From assembly GCA_950097015.1 (NCBI GenBank), contig CATNEN010000011.1:992001-1056000 (forward strand): a DNA stretch of 64,000 bases, given 5' to 3'. The stretch comes from Macrostomum hystrix (taxonomy: Eukaryota > Animalia > Platyhelminthes). The translations under genes and the position numbers were made by a program. Below are positions 47,722 to 58,700 of the stretch, one piece after another (position 1 is the first letter of the stretch; every line of letters begins with the position of its first letter). The notes under the pieces were generated by a model. That model searched no databases, was not told where the DNA came from, and saw nothing but the letters and a program-made list of their open reading frames with translations.

Positions 47722-49125
47722 TTAAGTGCGCTGGTACACGCGGATGTAGTCGATCTGCATGGCCGACTGGTCATTGCCAACGCCGCCCCAGGTCTTCTCC
47801 CAGTCGCCGCGCCTCTCCCAGAAGTTGCGCATTGAGGTTGGCGAGCCCTTCGACCACGGCTTGCCGCCGTTGGCGCCGTTGCTGCAGCCGTCCGGGAAGA
47901 AGTCGCCTCCAACGGCCACGTTCAAGATGAGGTGGAAGTTCTGGTCGAATGGAGCCATGCGGTTTCCGCCAGCCCAGACATTGTGGCCGCTGAAGCCGCC
48001 GAGCTGCCAGAAGCCGCCAGCCTGAGGCCGGACAGCTCCGATGAAGACTCCGTCAACCTTGTAGGCGATGTAGTTTTCGGACCACTCTACCTCGTACTTG
48101 TGGAAGGCGTTCGAGTACGAGTTGCTGTCATCGCGAGTCCAGCTCGTCAGGTGCCAGCTGTTCTGGCCAGGACTGGGTCCCCAGTGCAGAGTGGAGCCCA
48201 TGTGCTTGTTGCCGAGGTGCTTGCCGCCGCAGCTGAAGTCCGTGTTGCCGCGGATCTCCACCAGGTCGATCTCGCCGGACAGAGGCCAGCCGCCGTACTT
48301 CCAGTCCTGGGGCAGTAGCCAGATGGCCGGCCACAGCCAGTCGCCCTTCGGCATCTTCGCCGACACTTCTAGACGGCCGTAGCGGAACGAGAAGGACTGG
48401 GAGGTGCGCATCCGGGCGGACTGGATTGGGTTCAGAATGTCCGTGCCGGCGGAGATCTGGCAGCCGCCGTCGATGTTCATGTCTTGCTGGCAGCCCTGCT
48501 CCCATAGGTTTAGGCTGCCTGAAATCAGTCAAGCAATCGAATTCTGTCAGCGTGCCCTCCTACAGTAAATTTCGGTCACCTAATTATGAGCAGTCTTACC
48601 TCGGTAGAGAAAGTCGTTTCCGTACTCGCTGGCGGTGAAAGTCGGCTTAATGTACAGCTTGCCGTTCCACACGTAGCTGTTCTTGCGGTTGTTCCTGTAG
48701 TACTGAAACTCGTTGTTGCCGCCGCGCCAGCCTGTAACCAGGTGCTGCCAGCGGCGCTCGTCCAGGTAGTCAAACTCCTCCTGGAAGATCAGGCGCTCGT
48801 TGGCTGCGCAGTTGACCGGTCCGGCGATGCGATTTTTGTTCGCCTGCGGACTGCTGTTGCCGGTCTTCAGCCAGCAGGTCTGGCGGCACTGCGGGCAATC
48901 CTGATCGGTCGGCGGTGACCAGGAGAAGAATCGGCAGCCGGGGCGCAGCTGGCAGTGCCGTTGGCAGGCCTCGGCGCTGGCCACACCCGTGACAGTGCCG
49001 GAGTTCAGGTCTTCGCCGTAGTAGTCCAGGCCGTATTCCAGGCAGGCCCGGTGACCATTGGCCACACCCAGCACAGCTAGCAGGGCTAGCAATATGCCAA
49101 TCTGGTTCAGCATGATTCTTGGCAT
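47722..49125 (-). CDS. Secreted beta-1,3-glucanase / glucan-binding protein: signal peptide + PAN/Apple domain + GH16, 440 aa
   Basis: Exons 49125-48600 and 48518-47722 (81-nt GT-AG intron, phase 1). Hydrophobic leader IGILLALLAVLGVANG; Apple-like CLEYGLDYYGEDL..SAEACQRHC..GCRFFSWS..CWLK; GH16 motifs GGNNEFQYY, NPIQSAR, FRYGRLEVSAKMPKGDWLWPAIWLLP, intact catalytic WPLSGEIDLVE, APFDQNFHLILNVAVGG, IDYIRVYQ. Confidence 0.93.
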
Positions 49126-49418
49126 AATGCTAAGCGCTTCCGATTGCTTTTCTTCTGACAATCGACTCAATCCACCGAGCTTTATAGATTCGCACCGGAT
49201 TGATTAGATGTGATAAACAAAGCGACGGTGTCTTAAAATCTGACAGATGGCACTGTTCTCTTTGCCTTCATGAGATTAGGCGGGCGGTATTCCCTCGGTA
49301 GGTTGTCACGCCTCTCACTGCTACACCCCTCTGATTTGTGTGTCAGCCGAGATACGCCCCTTTTGAATTGTTGTTCCCTTTGTTTTTTTGCAGCTTTTGT
49401 GGCGGCAACGACAACAAT

Positions 49419-51081
49419 ATGAAGCCACTAACGTCAGTTAGCAAGCACCTGATGTGAGTTCGGATAGTCTTATCTTTTTCCATATCGGTCCTACTCGAAT
49501 ATGCACTTTTATTGCCTTCTTGCCCGAGCGATACAGACAGTCCAAAGTTGAACTCGGGACCTTCTAAAGAAAAAAATCCAAATTAAAAATCAGTTTTTTC
49601 TCACGAACTTCTCGAAACCCACGCAGGCGCCTGATTGAACGCTGCAAAACTGGCGAGGGTGACTTCGCCCTAGTCGAAGGTGAGCGCCTCATTGGCACAG
49701 TCGCCAGGCTCAGTGGGTCTCCGCCCAGCCACCTCGTGTCCCGCTGTCCTCATTTGCTTGTTCGGCTGCGCAACGCCTGTCGCTCCGCCAACGTAGGCGA
49801 TGTCGGCGACTGCATCCTGGTCACTGATCGTCTTCTAGATCGTCTAGCTGATGCGTCTAGTCCGCAGGCCTGCATCGCCGTGTTTCCGAAGCCAGACCCG
49901 GCCAAACTCGCCGAACATCGTCATCGTCGCCTCGAGAGCTCTTCTGTGCGCCGTCCAGTTGATGCCGTGGAGGCGAGCGGCGGCCTTCGGCTGGACTATT
50001 CGGTGCTGGGCTGGCAGGTCTCCGATCCGGCCAATGTTGGCGGAATCGCTCGCGCCGGTTGGTGCCTGGGAGCCAGGTAAGATTTTTTATAGTAAGACCC
50101 TGATTAAGCAGTGGTCCTTTAATGCCGATTTGACAAGTGAAATTTTTGTCAAAAATGACACTAGGTTTGCAGGCCGGACTATTGAGATTTAATTTCTTGG
50201 CTAATAGGTGAGTTAATGGAGCTAGAACTCCCGGGCTATAATGTGGGATAATTAAGCTAGAATTCCTTGACTTACAGGTGAGATAATTAAGCTGGAATTC
50301 CTAGGCAAACAGGTAAGATAATAGAGTTAGAATTACTGGGCTAACAGGTGTGATAATTGAGCTAGAATTACTGGCTTATCAGTTGAGATAATTAAGCGAG
50401 AACACCCGTGCAATATTTTTCGTTACGCTAACAGGTGAGATGATTAGGCTAGAAATTCCGGGCTATTACGTGCGATAGTTGTCCTGGAATTCCCGGGCTA
50501 ATAGGTGAGATAATTGCGACAATCCTCATTTCAAATTTACACTTTACATACTCTGATCCCATGCCATCACCAGGCGCCTGCTGCTGACGCCTCGCAGCGC
50601 GAATCCATGGCTGCCGAAGGCAATCCGCTCCGGCGCCGGGGCCCACTTCGCTCTGCCCATTGTCTCCGAAGCTGCCGAATTTTCGACCGCATCCGAGCTG
50701 ACGAAAGCCTTCGGTCGGGTCCTAGTCACCTGCTCATCAGCCTCCTTAGCTTCTTCATCTGCGGCGCCGGCTTTGCTGACATCGGATCGGGATTTCGCTC
50801 GGTTGCTAGGCGACAGTTCGCCAATCTGTCTGTTGCTAGGCTCCGAAGCGACGGGACTGCCTGACGAGCTGATGCGCTGCCTGCTCCAAGCTGGGCCAGA
50901 CCGAGTCTCCGCGCTTCACGTGCCGATGTCGGATCCGGAGAGGACGGCCTCACTAAATGTGGCTTCAACAGCCGGCATCCTGCTGCATCGCCTGTACTGT
51001 CTGGCCACCGCTGCTGCTCCTTCGGCTGCTGATCGGCCAGAGCCAACCACGGCCGGTGCCAGCAGGATTGGACTAGAATGA
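49419..51081 (+). CDS. TrmH/SpoU (SPOUT) family RNA 2'-O-methyltransferase
   Basis: Predicted exons 49419-49453, 49594-50076, 50574-51081. SRNPR, LVEGERLI, SPQACIAVF, motif 1 VSDPANVGGIAR, NPWLPKAIRSGAGAHF, motif 2 LLLGSEATGL, motif 3 VPM..SLNVASTAG. Exon 1 is less certain. Confidence 0.85.
50185..50520. repeat. 35-bp minisatellite (CAGGTGAGATAATTAAGCTAGAATTCCTGGCTWA-like) in TrmH intron 2
   Basis: AG|GT junctions with GT at 50208, 50278, 50313, 50348, 50435, 50505. Confidence 0.88.
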
Positions 51082-51089
51082 TTCGAATG

Positions 51090-51395
51090 CAGATCGGAAT
51101 GGAATAATAGGATTAAAATAAGGTGATTATATTATTGGGATTAGAATGATTGGATTAGAGGATTAAAATAGTCGGATTACAAACATTCTATGAGAATAAT
51201 GGGATGAGAAAATTCGAATAGTGGGACTGGAATTATTGGGGTTAGATTAAAGTGATTTAGCTATTGCTATTAGAATAATTAGATTAGAATATCGGGATTA
51301 TAATGATGGGAATAAAATAGTTGCATTGGGAAAATGGGATTAGAATTATGGGATTAGAATAATGGGATTAGAAAAATGGGATTATGATAATTAAA
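51090..51395. repeat. Degenerate GGATTAGAAT(AAT)-type low-complexity repeat
   Basis: Visible but irregular. Confidence 0.7.
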
Positions 51396-51839
51396 GTGCG
51401 GCTTATATTTGAGTACAGATTCATTTAAGGAATTTCGGCTCTCGAAGAATTTTTCGTAGCATTTGTACAAGTTAGCAATAATGAGCATTTATGAGCGCAT
51501 TGTGACTTTAATGTGCTTATTGTTTGCTTTTCCAGAAAAAGACGAATTTGTTAAATAAAAAATTTACGACTTGCGACGCATTTCATCTGTCATTAAATTA
51601 GTAAAGTCTTTTGATAAAAAGTTTACAAAGCCGTCTTTTCTGTTTGCTTGTTTTTGTTTGTCTAACGCAAAAGTCAGGGGTTCGAAATCTATTTTTCGTT
51701 TCTTGATGAAAAGTTTTAAAGGCTGGTTTTGCCAAAAATTCACAACGGAGATAAGAAATTTTCACTTTTCTATCAAATATAGTGACTTTCTAATACTTTT
51801 TAATATTATAGAATTTAATTGCGAGTAAGTGAATTTTCA

Positions 51840-52000
51840 TCAGAACCAGCCTCCTAAGCTTTTTCTAAGAAACGTAGTTTCCCGTCCAACTTCTCCTATA
51901 AAGGTCATTGAGCAATAATTGTTGGTGATGATCAATCTTTCAGGCTGAGGACATTGTTACCATCGAGTTTCTTAAGCCCGGCCTGTCAGATTTAGCGATA
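51840..52000 (+). pseudogene. Partial duplicate of the METTL23 5' region
   Basis: Near-identical to 52744-52905, including the acceptor TCTTTCAG|GCTGAGGAC (AEDIVTIEFLKPG); the frame then runs into the 35-bp repeat and stops. Confidence 0.7.
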
Positions 52001-52720
52001 ATTAAGCTAGAACTCCTGACTTACAGGTGAGATAATTAAGCTAGAATTACTGGCTTATCAGGTGTGATAATGGAGCTAGAATACCCAGGCTATCAGGTGT
52101 GATAATTGAGCTAGAATTCCTAGGCAAACATGTGAGATAATTGAGTTATAATTTCTGGGCTAACAGGTGTGATAATTGAGCTGTAATTACTGGCTTATCA
52201 GGCGTGATAATGAAGCTAGAATACCCAGGCTATAAGGTGGTATAATTAAGCTAGAACTCATTGACTTACAGGTGACATAATTCAGCTAGAATTACTAAGC
52301 AAACAGGTGAGATTATTGACTTAGAATTTCTGGTCTAACAGGTGTGATAATTGAGCTAGAATACCCAGGCTATCAGGTGTGATAATTGAGCTAGAATTCC
52401 CTGCCTATAAGGTGGGATAATTAAGCTGGAACTCCTTGACTTACAGGTGAGATAATTAAGCTAGAATTCCTAGCCAAGCAGGTGAGATAATAGAGTTAGA
52501 ATTACTGGGCTAACGGGTGTGATAATTGAGCTAGAACTACTGGCTTATCAGGTGTGATAATGGAGCTCGAATTCCCGGGCTATAAGGTGGTATAATTAAG
52601 CGACTTACAGGTGACATAATTCAGCTAGAATTGCTAAGTAAACAGGTGAGATTATTGACTTAGAATTTCTGGTCTAACAGGTGTGATAACTGAGCTAGAA
52701 TACCCGGGCTTATTTTAGTG
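51995..52720. repeat. 35-bp minisatellite, same family as in TrmH intron 2
   Basis: About 20 units, many with CAG|GTGAGA or CAG|GTGTGA. Confidence 0.92.
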
Positions 52721-52848
52721 TGATATTTTGTGTGTACTTTTCAGCAGAACCGGCCTCCTTTAACTTTTTCTTAGAAACGTAGTTTCCCGTCGAACTTCTC
52801 CTATAAAGGTCCTTGAGCAATAATTGTTGGTGATGATCAATCTTTCAG

Positions 52849-53583
52849 GCTGAGGACATTGTTACCATCGAGTTTCTTAAGCCCGGCCAGTCAGATTTAC
52901 CGATAACCCTTCGAATCCCCAACGACCCGCTCAGCCACCTGGGCGCTCGCCTGTGGCCCAGCTCTCTGAAGCTCTGCTGTCAGCTGCTGCGGTGTCACAG
53001 CAAAGATGGGCCTGGAATGGGGGCCATTGGGAACTGTCTGGAGCTCGGCTGCGGCTGCGGACTGCCAGGCGCCCTGGCTTTGGCATTGGGCGCCACCAGT
53101 GTGACCTTCACCGACCAATCAGAGGACGCGCTTAACAGATGCGAAGAGCAATGCCGTATCAACGGTTTCCAAAATGTCGGCCAGTCTTTGTTCGCCTGTC
53201 GTCAGTTGCTGTGGGGGCGGCTGGACCAGCTGCTGATGGCAGCCGACCGAGGCTGGCTGCCAGAGCGGCTGGACCTCATCCTGGCCTCGGACTGTCTGTA
53301 CGAGCCCGGCCAGTTTGACGCATTCTTCGCCACAATGGCCGCACTGTTCCAGCTGCGAACTGTTGAACTCGGCTGTCTGCTGTGCGTGCACAATCGCAAC
53401 CCTGACTGGGGCTTCGCTAGGCTGCTGGCGAGGCACCAGCTGAAGGCTCGTCTGTTGCGCTTCGACAATGAGCCGTTGGAGACCTTCGTCAGCAAGGAGT
53501 CGCAGGCAAAACTGCCGGCCTCGTTTGTCGACAGCCTCCTTGGCGATGAGACTGTACAGCTGTTCCATGTCACTCGGCACTGA
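52849..53583 (+). CDS. METTL23: METTL23-like methyltransferase (family 16 seven-beta-strand); start exon unresolved
   Basis: Open frame from the acceptor at 52849: LGARLWPSS, CLELGCGCGLPGL, VTFTD, LLWG, DLILASDCLYEPGQFDAFFATM, HNRNPDWGF, paralleling METTL23 DIILASDVFFEPEDF and VRSADWS. Confidence 0.82.
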   Translation, partial: AEDIVTIEFLKPGQSDLPITLRIPNDPLSHLGARLWPSSLKLCCQLLRCHSKDGPGMGAIGNCLELGCGCGLPGALALALGATSVTFTDQSEDALNRCEEQCRINGFQNVGQSLFACRQLLWGRLDQLLMAADRGWLPERLDLILASDCLYEPGQFDAFFATMAALFQLRTVELGCLLCVHNRNPDWGFARLLARHQLKARLLRFDNEPLETFVSKESQAKLPASFVDSLLGDETVQLFHVTRH

Positions 53584-53664
53584 CTCTCCAGCTGTTTCTA
53601 CCCCAGCTGGTGATGGCACCCAGCTTACAGCTGACTGGTGTACTTTGTATTGCTGAAGTATTTC

Positions 53665-53708
53665 TAGAGCGTAGGGCTCGCGACTTGAAGGTCGGGGGTT
53701 CGATTCTT
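53665..53708 (+). mobile_element. Isolated SINE family A head
   Basis: GCGTAGGGCTCGCGACTTGAAGGTCGGGGGTTCGATTC. Confidence 0.55.
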
Positions 53709-53949
53709 AACTAAATGGACTAAGTATCTCATCAATGTATTCTTTGCCCAAAAATTGTTGTTGAACACAATGTCCATAAATAACTTATAATTGAACTAAC
53801 AATTGAACTAACTAACAACAGAACTAACCCGGAGTCAATAAATTTGCCTGCATTTTCTACACTAAACTGATTTAGTTTAAGACTTTAAGTGTGTAAAAAG
53901 AGATGCGAATTAAATGTAAATTTCTGTTGTCTTCTTTCAATACTAAATT

Positions 53950-54600
53950 TTATCCGGGACTAAGAGACAATTTCTAACAAAATTCCTATAAGTCTAAAAG
54001 ACAATAATTAAATACAAAATCCGGGACTAAGAGACAATAATTAGAGCAAAATCCGGGACTAAGAGACAATAATTAGAGCAAAATCCGGGACTACGAGACA
54101 ATAACTAATGCAGAATCCGGGACTACGAGACAATAACTAATGCAGAATCCGGGACTACGAGACAATAACTAATGCAGAATCCGGGACTACGAGACAATAA
54201 CTAATGCAGAATCCGGGACGCAAAGACAATTATTAATGCAAAATCCGGGACTAAAAGACAACTAGAAATGCGAAATCCGGGACTAAAAGAAAATTAATAA
54301 TGCGAAATCCGGGACTCAAAAGACAATTAATAATGCGAAATCCGGGACTAAAAGACAATTAATAATACGAAATCCGGGACTAAAAGACAATTAATAATGC
54401 GAAATCCGGGACTAAAAGACAATTTTATAAATCGAAATCCGGGACTAAAAGACAATTAATAATGCGAAATCCGGGACTAAAAGACAATTAATAATGCGAA
54501 ATCCGGGACTAAAAGACAATTTTATAAATCGAAATCCGGGACTAAAAGACAATTGTTAATTCGAATTCCGAGACTAAGAGACAATAATGAAATACAAAAT
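53950..54600. repeat. 32-bp minisatellite AAATCCGGGACTAAAAGACAATTAATAATGCG
   Basis: Visible, with sub-family blocks. Confidence 0.93.
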
Positions 54601-54659
54601 CTTCTCTATTAGATCTACGCCGGCACGGATATCACCGTGTTCTTCCTTAAGGCCGTCCA

Positions 54660-54980
54660 GGGGGTGAGTTGCTGAGCGGTCTAACGCGTTTGCCTCTCGC
54701 ACCAAGGTCCCTGAGTTCGATTCCGTGGCGAGGCCGCATTTATTTGGCGCGTAGCCGCGTAGAAGAAGGCTCGGGGGCTTGTCGTGCAATTTACGCCCTT
54801 GAGGGCCAACCTCCAAGGCACAGTGAGAGTGTACACTTCCTGACGATGAGAAAGTCAGGGCAGATGTACACACAGGCCTGTGTGAGTGTGTGCTCAGGAG
54901 TCAGCGAAATGGACAGTATCGTCTACTCGCTGGCTGCGGGTCCAGTGTCACCAAATGATGTGCCACTGCCCGCACCCCTA
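54660..54980 (+). mobile_element. SINE family B, near full-length copy
   Basis: tRNA-like head plus body ending GTGTCACCAAATGATGTGCC shared with other copies. Confidence 0.85.
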
Positions 54981-55454
54981 CTGCATTCCTCTACACTGCT
55001 CCAATTTATCCAATTTCATAGCTTTTCTTAGAGTTTAAAAGTTCACTCTCTTATTTAGATTCACAGTTTTTAACAGCAGCTTCAACAGTGCCGCTTTGCT
55101 GAGCTTGCAGGAAATTGCTATTCCGATTTTCCACAATGGGGCAGAGACTCACTTTGCCGCTATTGGCTGTTGCTATGCTCAGAATGTGCGCACTCGACTC
55201 TCATAGAAAGTAGTCAGATTTTATGGAGAGAAGGAGAGTAACGAGAAATAAGGGTACTCGTGATCTCTACGTGCACCGGTAGGTTTCGAATCGGTACACT
55301 CTTTACTAATTAACTTCAAGGTAAGAGTTGTAGCAATCAAATTAGAAAAGGAGACTGTTATAATAGATTGAGATCAATTCCTGTACATCTACTGTTTACT
55401 GTAGATACTGTACGCATGCACTGTTCTGTTTTCTTTTTATGATAATACTGATTA

Positions 55455-55640
55455 GGGATTTTAGCCCAGTAATTAGGGCGTCGGACACAGGACTTGAAGG
55501 TCAGAGGTTCGATTCCCGGCTTCAATGAAAGAACTTTGCCCTCTAGAAAGACACTTAACTCTGCATTGCTTCAGTTCACCCAGCTGTAAAATGGGTACCA
55601 GCAGATTGAGGATGGGTGTGGGTGTAGGTTTAATCAGTTA
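55455..55640 (+). mobile_element. SINE family A copy
   Basis: TTAGGGCGTCGGACACAGGACTTGAAGGTCAGAGGTTCGATTCCC and AAGACACTTAACTCTGCATTGCTTCAGTTCACCCAGCTGTAAAATGGGTACC. Confidence 0.85.
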
Positions 55641-55733
55641 TTATTTTCATCAAACTTCGCCGCTAAATTCCTTAATTACTAGGCCGAGTCAGCCTTCGCA
55701 GCACCTGGAGTCGACTCAGCGACTCAGCTGAGC

Positions 55734-58700
55734 ATGCCGAAGCCCCAGCTCCAGGTTCAGAGCCGCTCCAAGTCCGAGCTGACAGACAGCCAGCAGCGTC
55801 AGCGACAGCGCCAGGCGGAGGCCGGCCAGACGAGAGCGACTCGAACAGCCGCCGGGGGTCGCGACGCTGCGAATGTCGGAGCTGCTGGCGACGCGGAGCA
55901 GCTGAAGGATCCGATGGATTCCGACGAAGGTTGGAGCCCTCTGACCTGGCGTCGACGATTTCTGGTGAGCTAGAAGCTCCACATTACAAGGGCTTGTCTC
56001 CTCCTCACCTTATCTTATCTCCTCCTCACCTTATCTTACCTCCTCCTCACCTTATCTTATCCCCTCCTCACCTTATCTTATCTCCTCCTCACCTTATCTT
56101 ATCCCCTCCTCACCTTATCTTATCTCATCCTCACCTTATCTTATCTCCTCCTCACCTTATCTTATCTCCTCCTCACCTTATCTTATCCCCTCCTCACCTT
56201 ATCTTATCTCCTCCTCACCTTATCTTATCCCCTCCTCACCTTATCTTATCTCATCCTCACCTTATCTTATCTCCTCCTCACCTTATCTTATCTCCTCCTC
56301 ACCTTATCTTATCTCCTCCTCACCTTATCTTATCTCCTCCTCACCTTATCTTATCTCCTCCTCACCTTATCTTATCTCCTCCTCACCTTATCTTATCTCC
56401 TCCTCACCTTATCTTATCTCCTCCTCACCATATCTTGTCTCCTCCTCACCCCATCTTATCTCCTCCTCGCCCCATCTTATCTCCTCCACACCCCATCTTA
56501 TCTCCTCCACATCCATCATGTCCCCTACTACCCCTACCCAATGCAGTAAAGTGACAGGAGACAGTTGCAACAACAGTAATTACTATGCACGTTGAATGCT
56601 TGGTCTTGTCTAGATTATATTTCAATTACCTTGATTAAAATCTACCTTGCTAGCTGAGAGCTTGTTTAGCAAATCAGTTTTAATTCAGATTCAGAAAAAA
56701 ACGCATCCCAGTTAGGATTTTTCGCTAACAAAGCCCGCAGCTCATTGTTCATATAGCTGATTAAATGCTAGCTGGGGCATTGTTCTCAGCCCCGATGCCT
56801 GATCAAGCTAGTCCTATTGTTCTGTAAACATTTTTCCCTGCGACAAATTGCTAGAGGAAAGGCATAGAAATCAATTGTGAATTTTCTCAGTGCCCCATTC
56901 CGCCGTTCGTTTACGTCTCGTAACTGACTCTACATACTTTATTTATGCTAGTAGGCTTTAGTATTCTTTGAGTTCTTTGAGTATGGATTATAGGAACTCG
57001 ACTATTAAAACTCAGTGTGTGACAACGAATAGTGTGCTGTGTATTTGCTGGGGCTGGGAGTGAGGTGGATGTCTATCTTGGATTGGAGTGAGGTGGGTGT
57101 CTTTTAGGGGCAGAAAGTGAGGTGGGGTGGCTGGGAGTGAGGTGGGTGTCTATCGTGGCTAAGAGTGAGGTGGGTGTTCTATATTGGATTGGAGTGAGGC
57201 GGGTGTTCTATATTGGATTGGAGTGAGGTGGGTGTTCTATATTGGATTGGAGTGAGGTGGGTGTCTATCGTGGCTAAGAGTGAGGTGGATGTCTATCTTG
57301 GATTGGAGTGAGGTGGGTGTCTATCGTGGCTAAGAGTGAGGTGGGTGTTCTATATTGGATTGGAGTGAGGTGGGTGTCTATCGTGGCTAAGAGTGAGGTG
57401 GGTGTTCTATATTGGATTGGAGTGAGGTGGGTGTCTATCGTGGCTAAGAGTGAGGTGGGTGTTCTATATTGGATTGGAGTGAGGTGGGTGTCTATCGTGG
57501 CTAAGAGTGAGGTGGGTGTTCTATATTGGATTGGAGTGAGGTGGGTGTCTATCGTGGCTAAGAGTGAGGTGGGTGTTCTATATTGGATTGGAGTGAGGTG
57601 GGTGTCTATCGTGGCTAAGAGTGAGGTGGGTGTTCTATATTGGATTGGAGTGAGGTGGGTGTCTATCGTGGCTAAGAGTGAGGTGGGTGTTCTATATTGG
57701 ATTGGAGTGAGGTGGGTGTCTATCGTGGCTAAGAGTGAGGTGGATGTCTATCTTGGATTGGAGTGAGGTGGGTGTCTATCGTGGCTAAGAGTGAGGTGGG
57801 TGTTCTATATTGGATTGGAGTGAGGTGGGTGTCTATCGTGGCTAAGAGTGAGGTGGGTGTTCTATATTGGATTGGAGTGAGGTGGGTGTCTATCGTGGCT
57901 AAGAGTGAGGTGGATGTCTATCTTGGATTGGAGTGAGGTGGGTGTCTATCGTGGCTAAGAGTGAGGTGGGTGTTCTATATTGGATTACTTGGATTACTAA
58001 TACTTACTTTCAATTAGTACTCGTAGATGGTAAGTTTAATTTTTTATATACGAAAAATAAAAAACGCAATACAATCTAATAGCTTCTTAGTTTGTTTGCA
58101 TCTCAGGAAGTCTCATTGTGACTCGCATTGAGACCGTCAATCCATTCATTGTATATGTGTGTGTGCATAAACAGAGTCTGCATGCCATTGTGCTTACAGT
58201 AAAGAACTGCAGCAGTGGCTGCTCAGACCAGCTCAGTAACTTTCTCGTCCGTAACCTCAGACTTACCTGAAAGGGGGCAGCTTTGAGCAGAGCCGGAAAA
58301 TTAGGAGCTCACGAGACTGAAAGTGCAAACACAGCGAAAGTGCACCGACTGTGAAACGGGTAGAAGGCGTTGTATTTCCGATAATGTCTAATGGCATGTG
58401 GATGTACGCCAGTACATAGCTCGTATTTGCTCAAACTTTTTTTGTCGAATTGTACCTTAATTTCTCTCGATTTGATCTCAAAGCGGAATCTGAAATTTAA
58501 TGGATGTTTGCAGTCGGGACAGATCATTCAATTTTCATAGAATGAAACCTGTTTTTAAGTCACCATAATTGCTTCATCTCCTCACCTTCAGGCATTGAAG
58601 CGCTTTCAGGGCATGGTTCGCTCTGTGATCATGGCCATTCGGTGGATGAAATCGGTTATTAATCGGTGAGCCCAGATCCCCAGAGTTAACTGACACCCAC

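Noticed and set aside
55931-56554. PPHLILS repeat ORF, and RWVSIVAKSEVGVLYWIGV ORF at 57308
   Set aside because: Intronic 21-bp and 57-bp repeats whose lengths are multiples of three.
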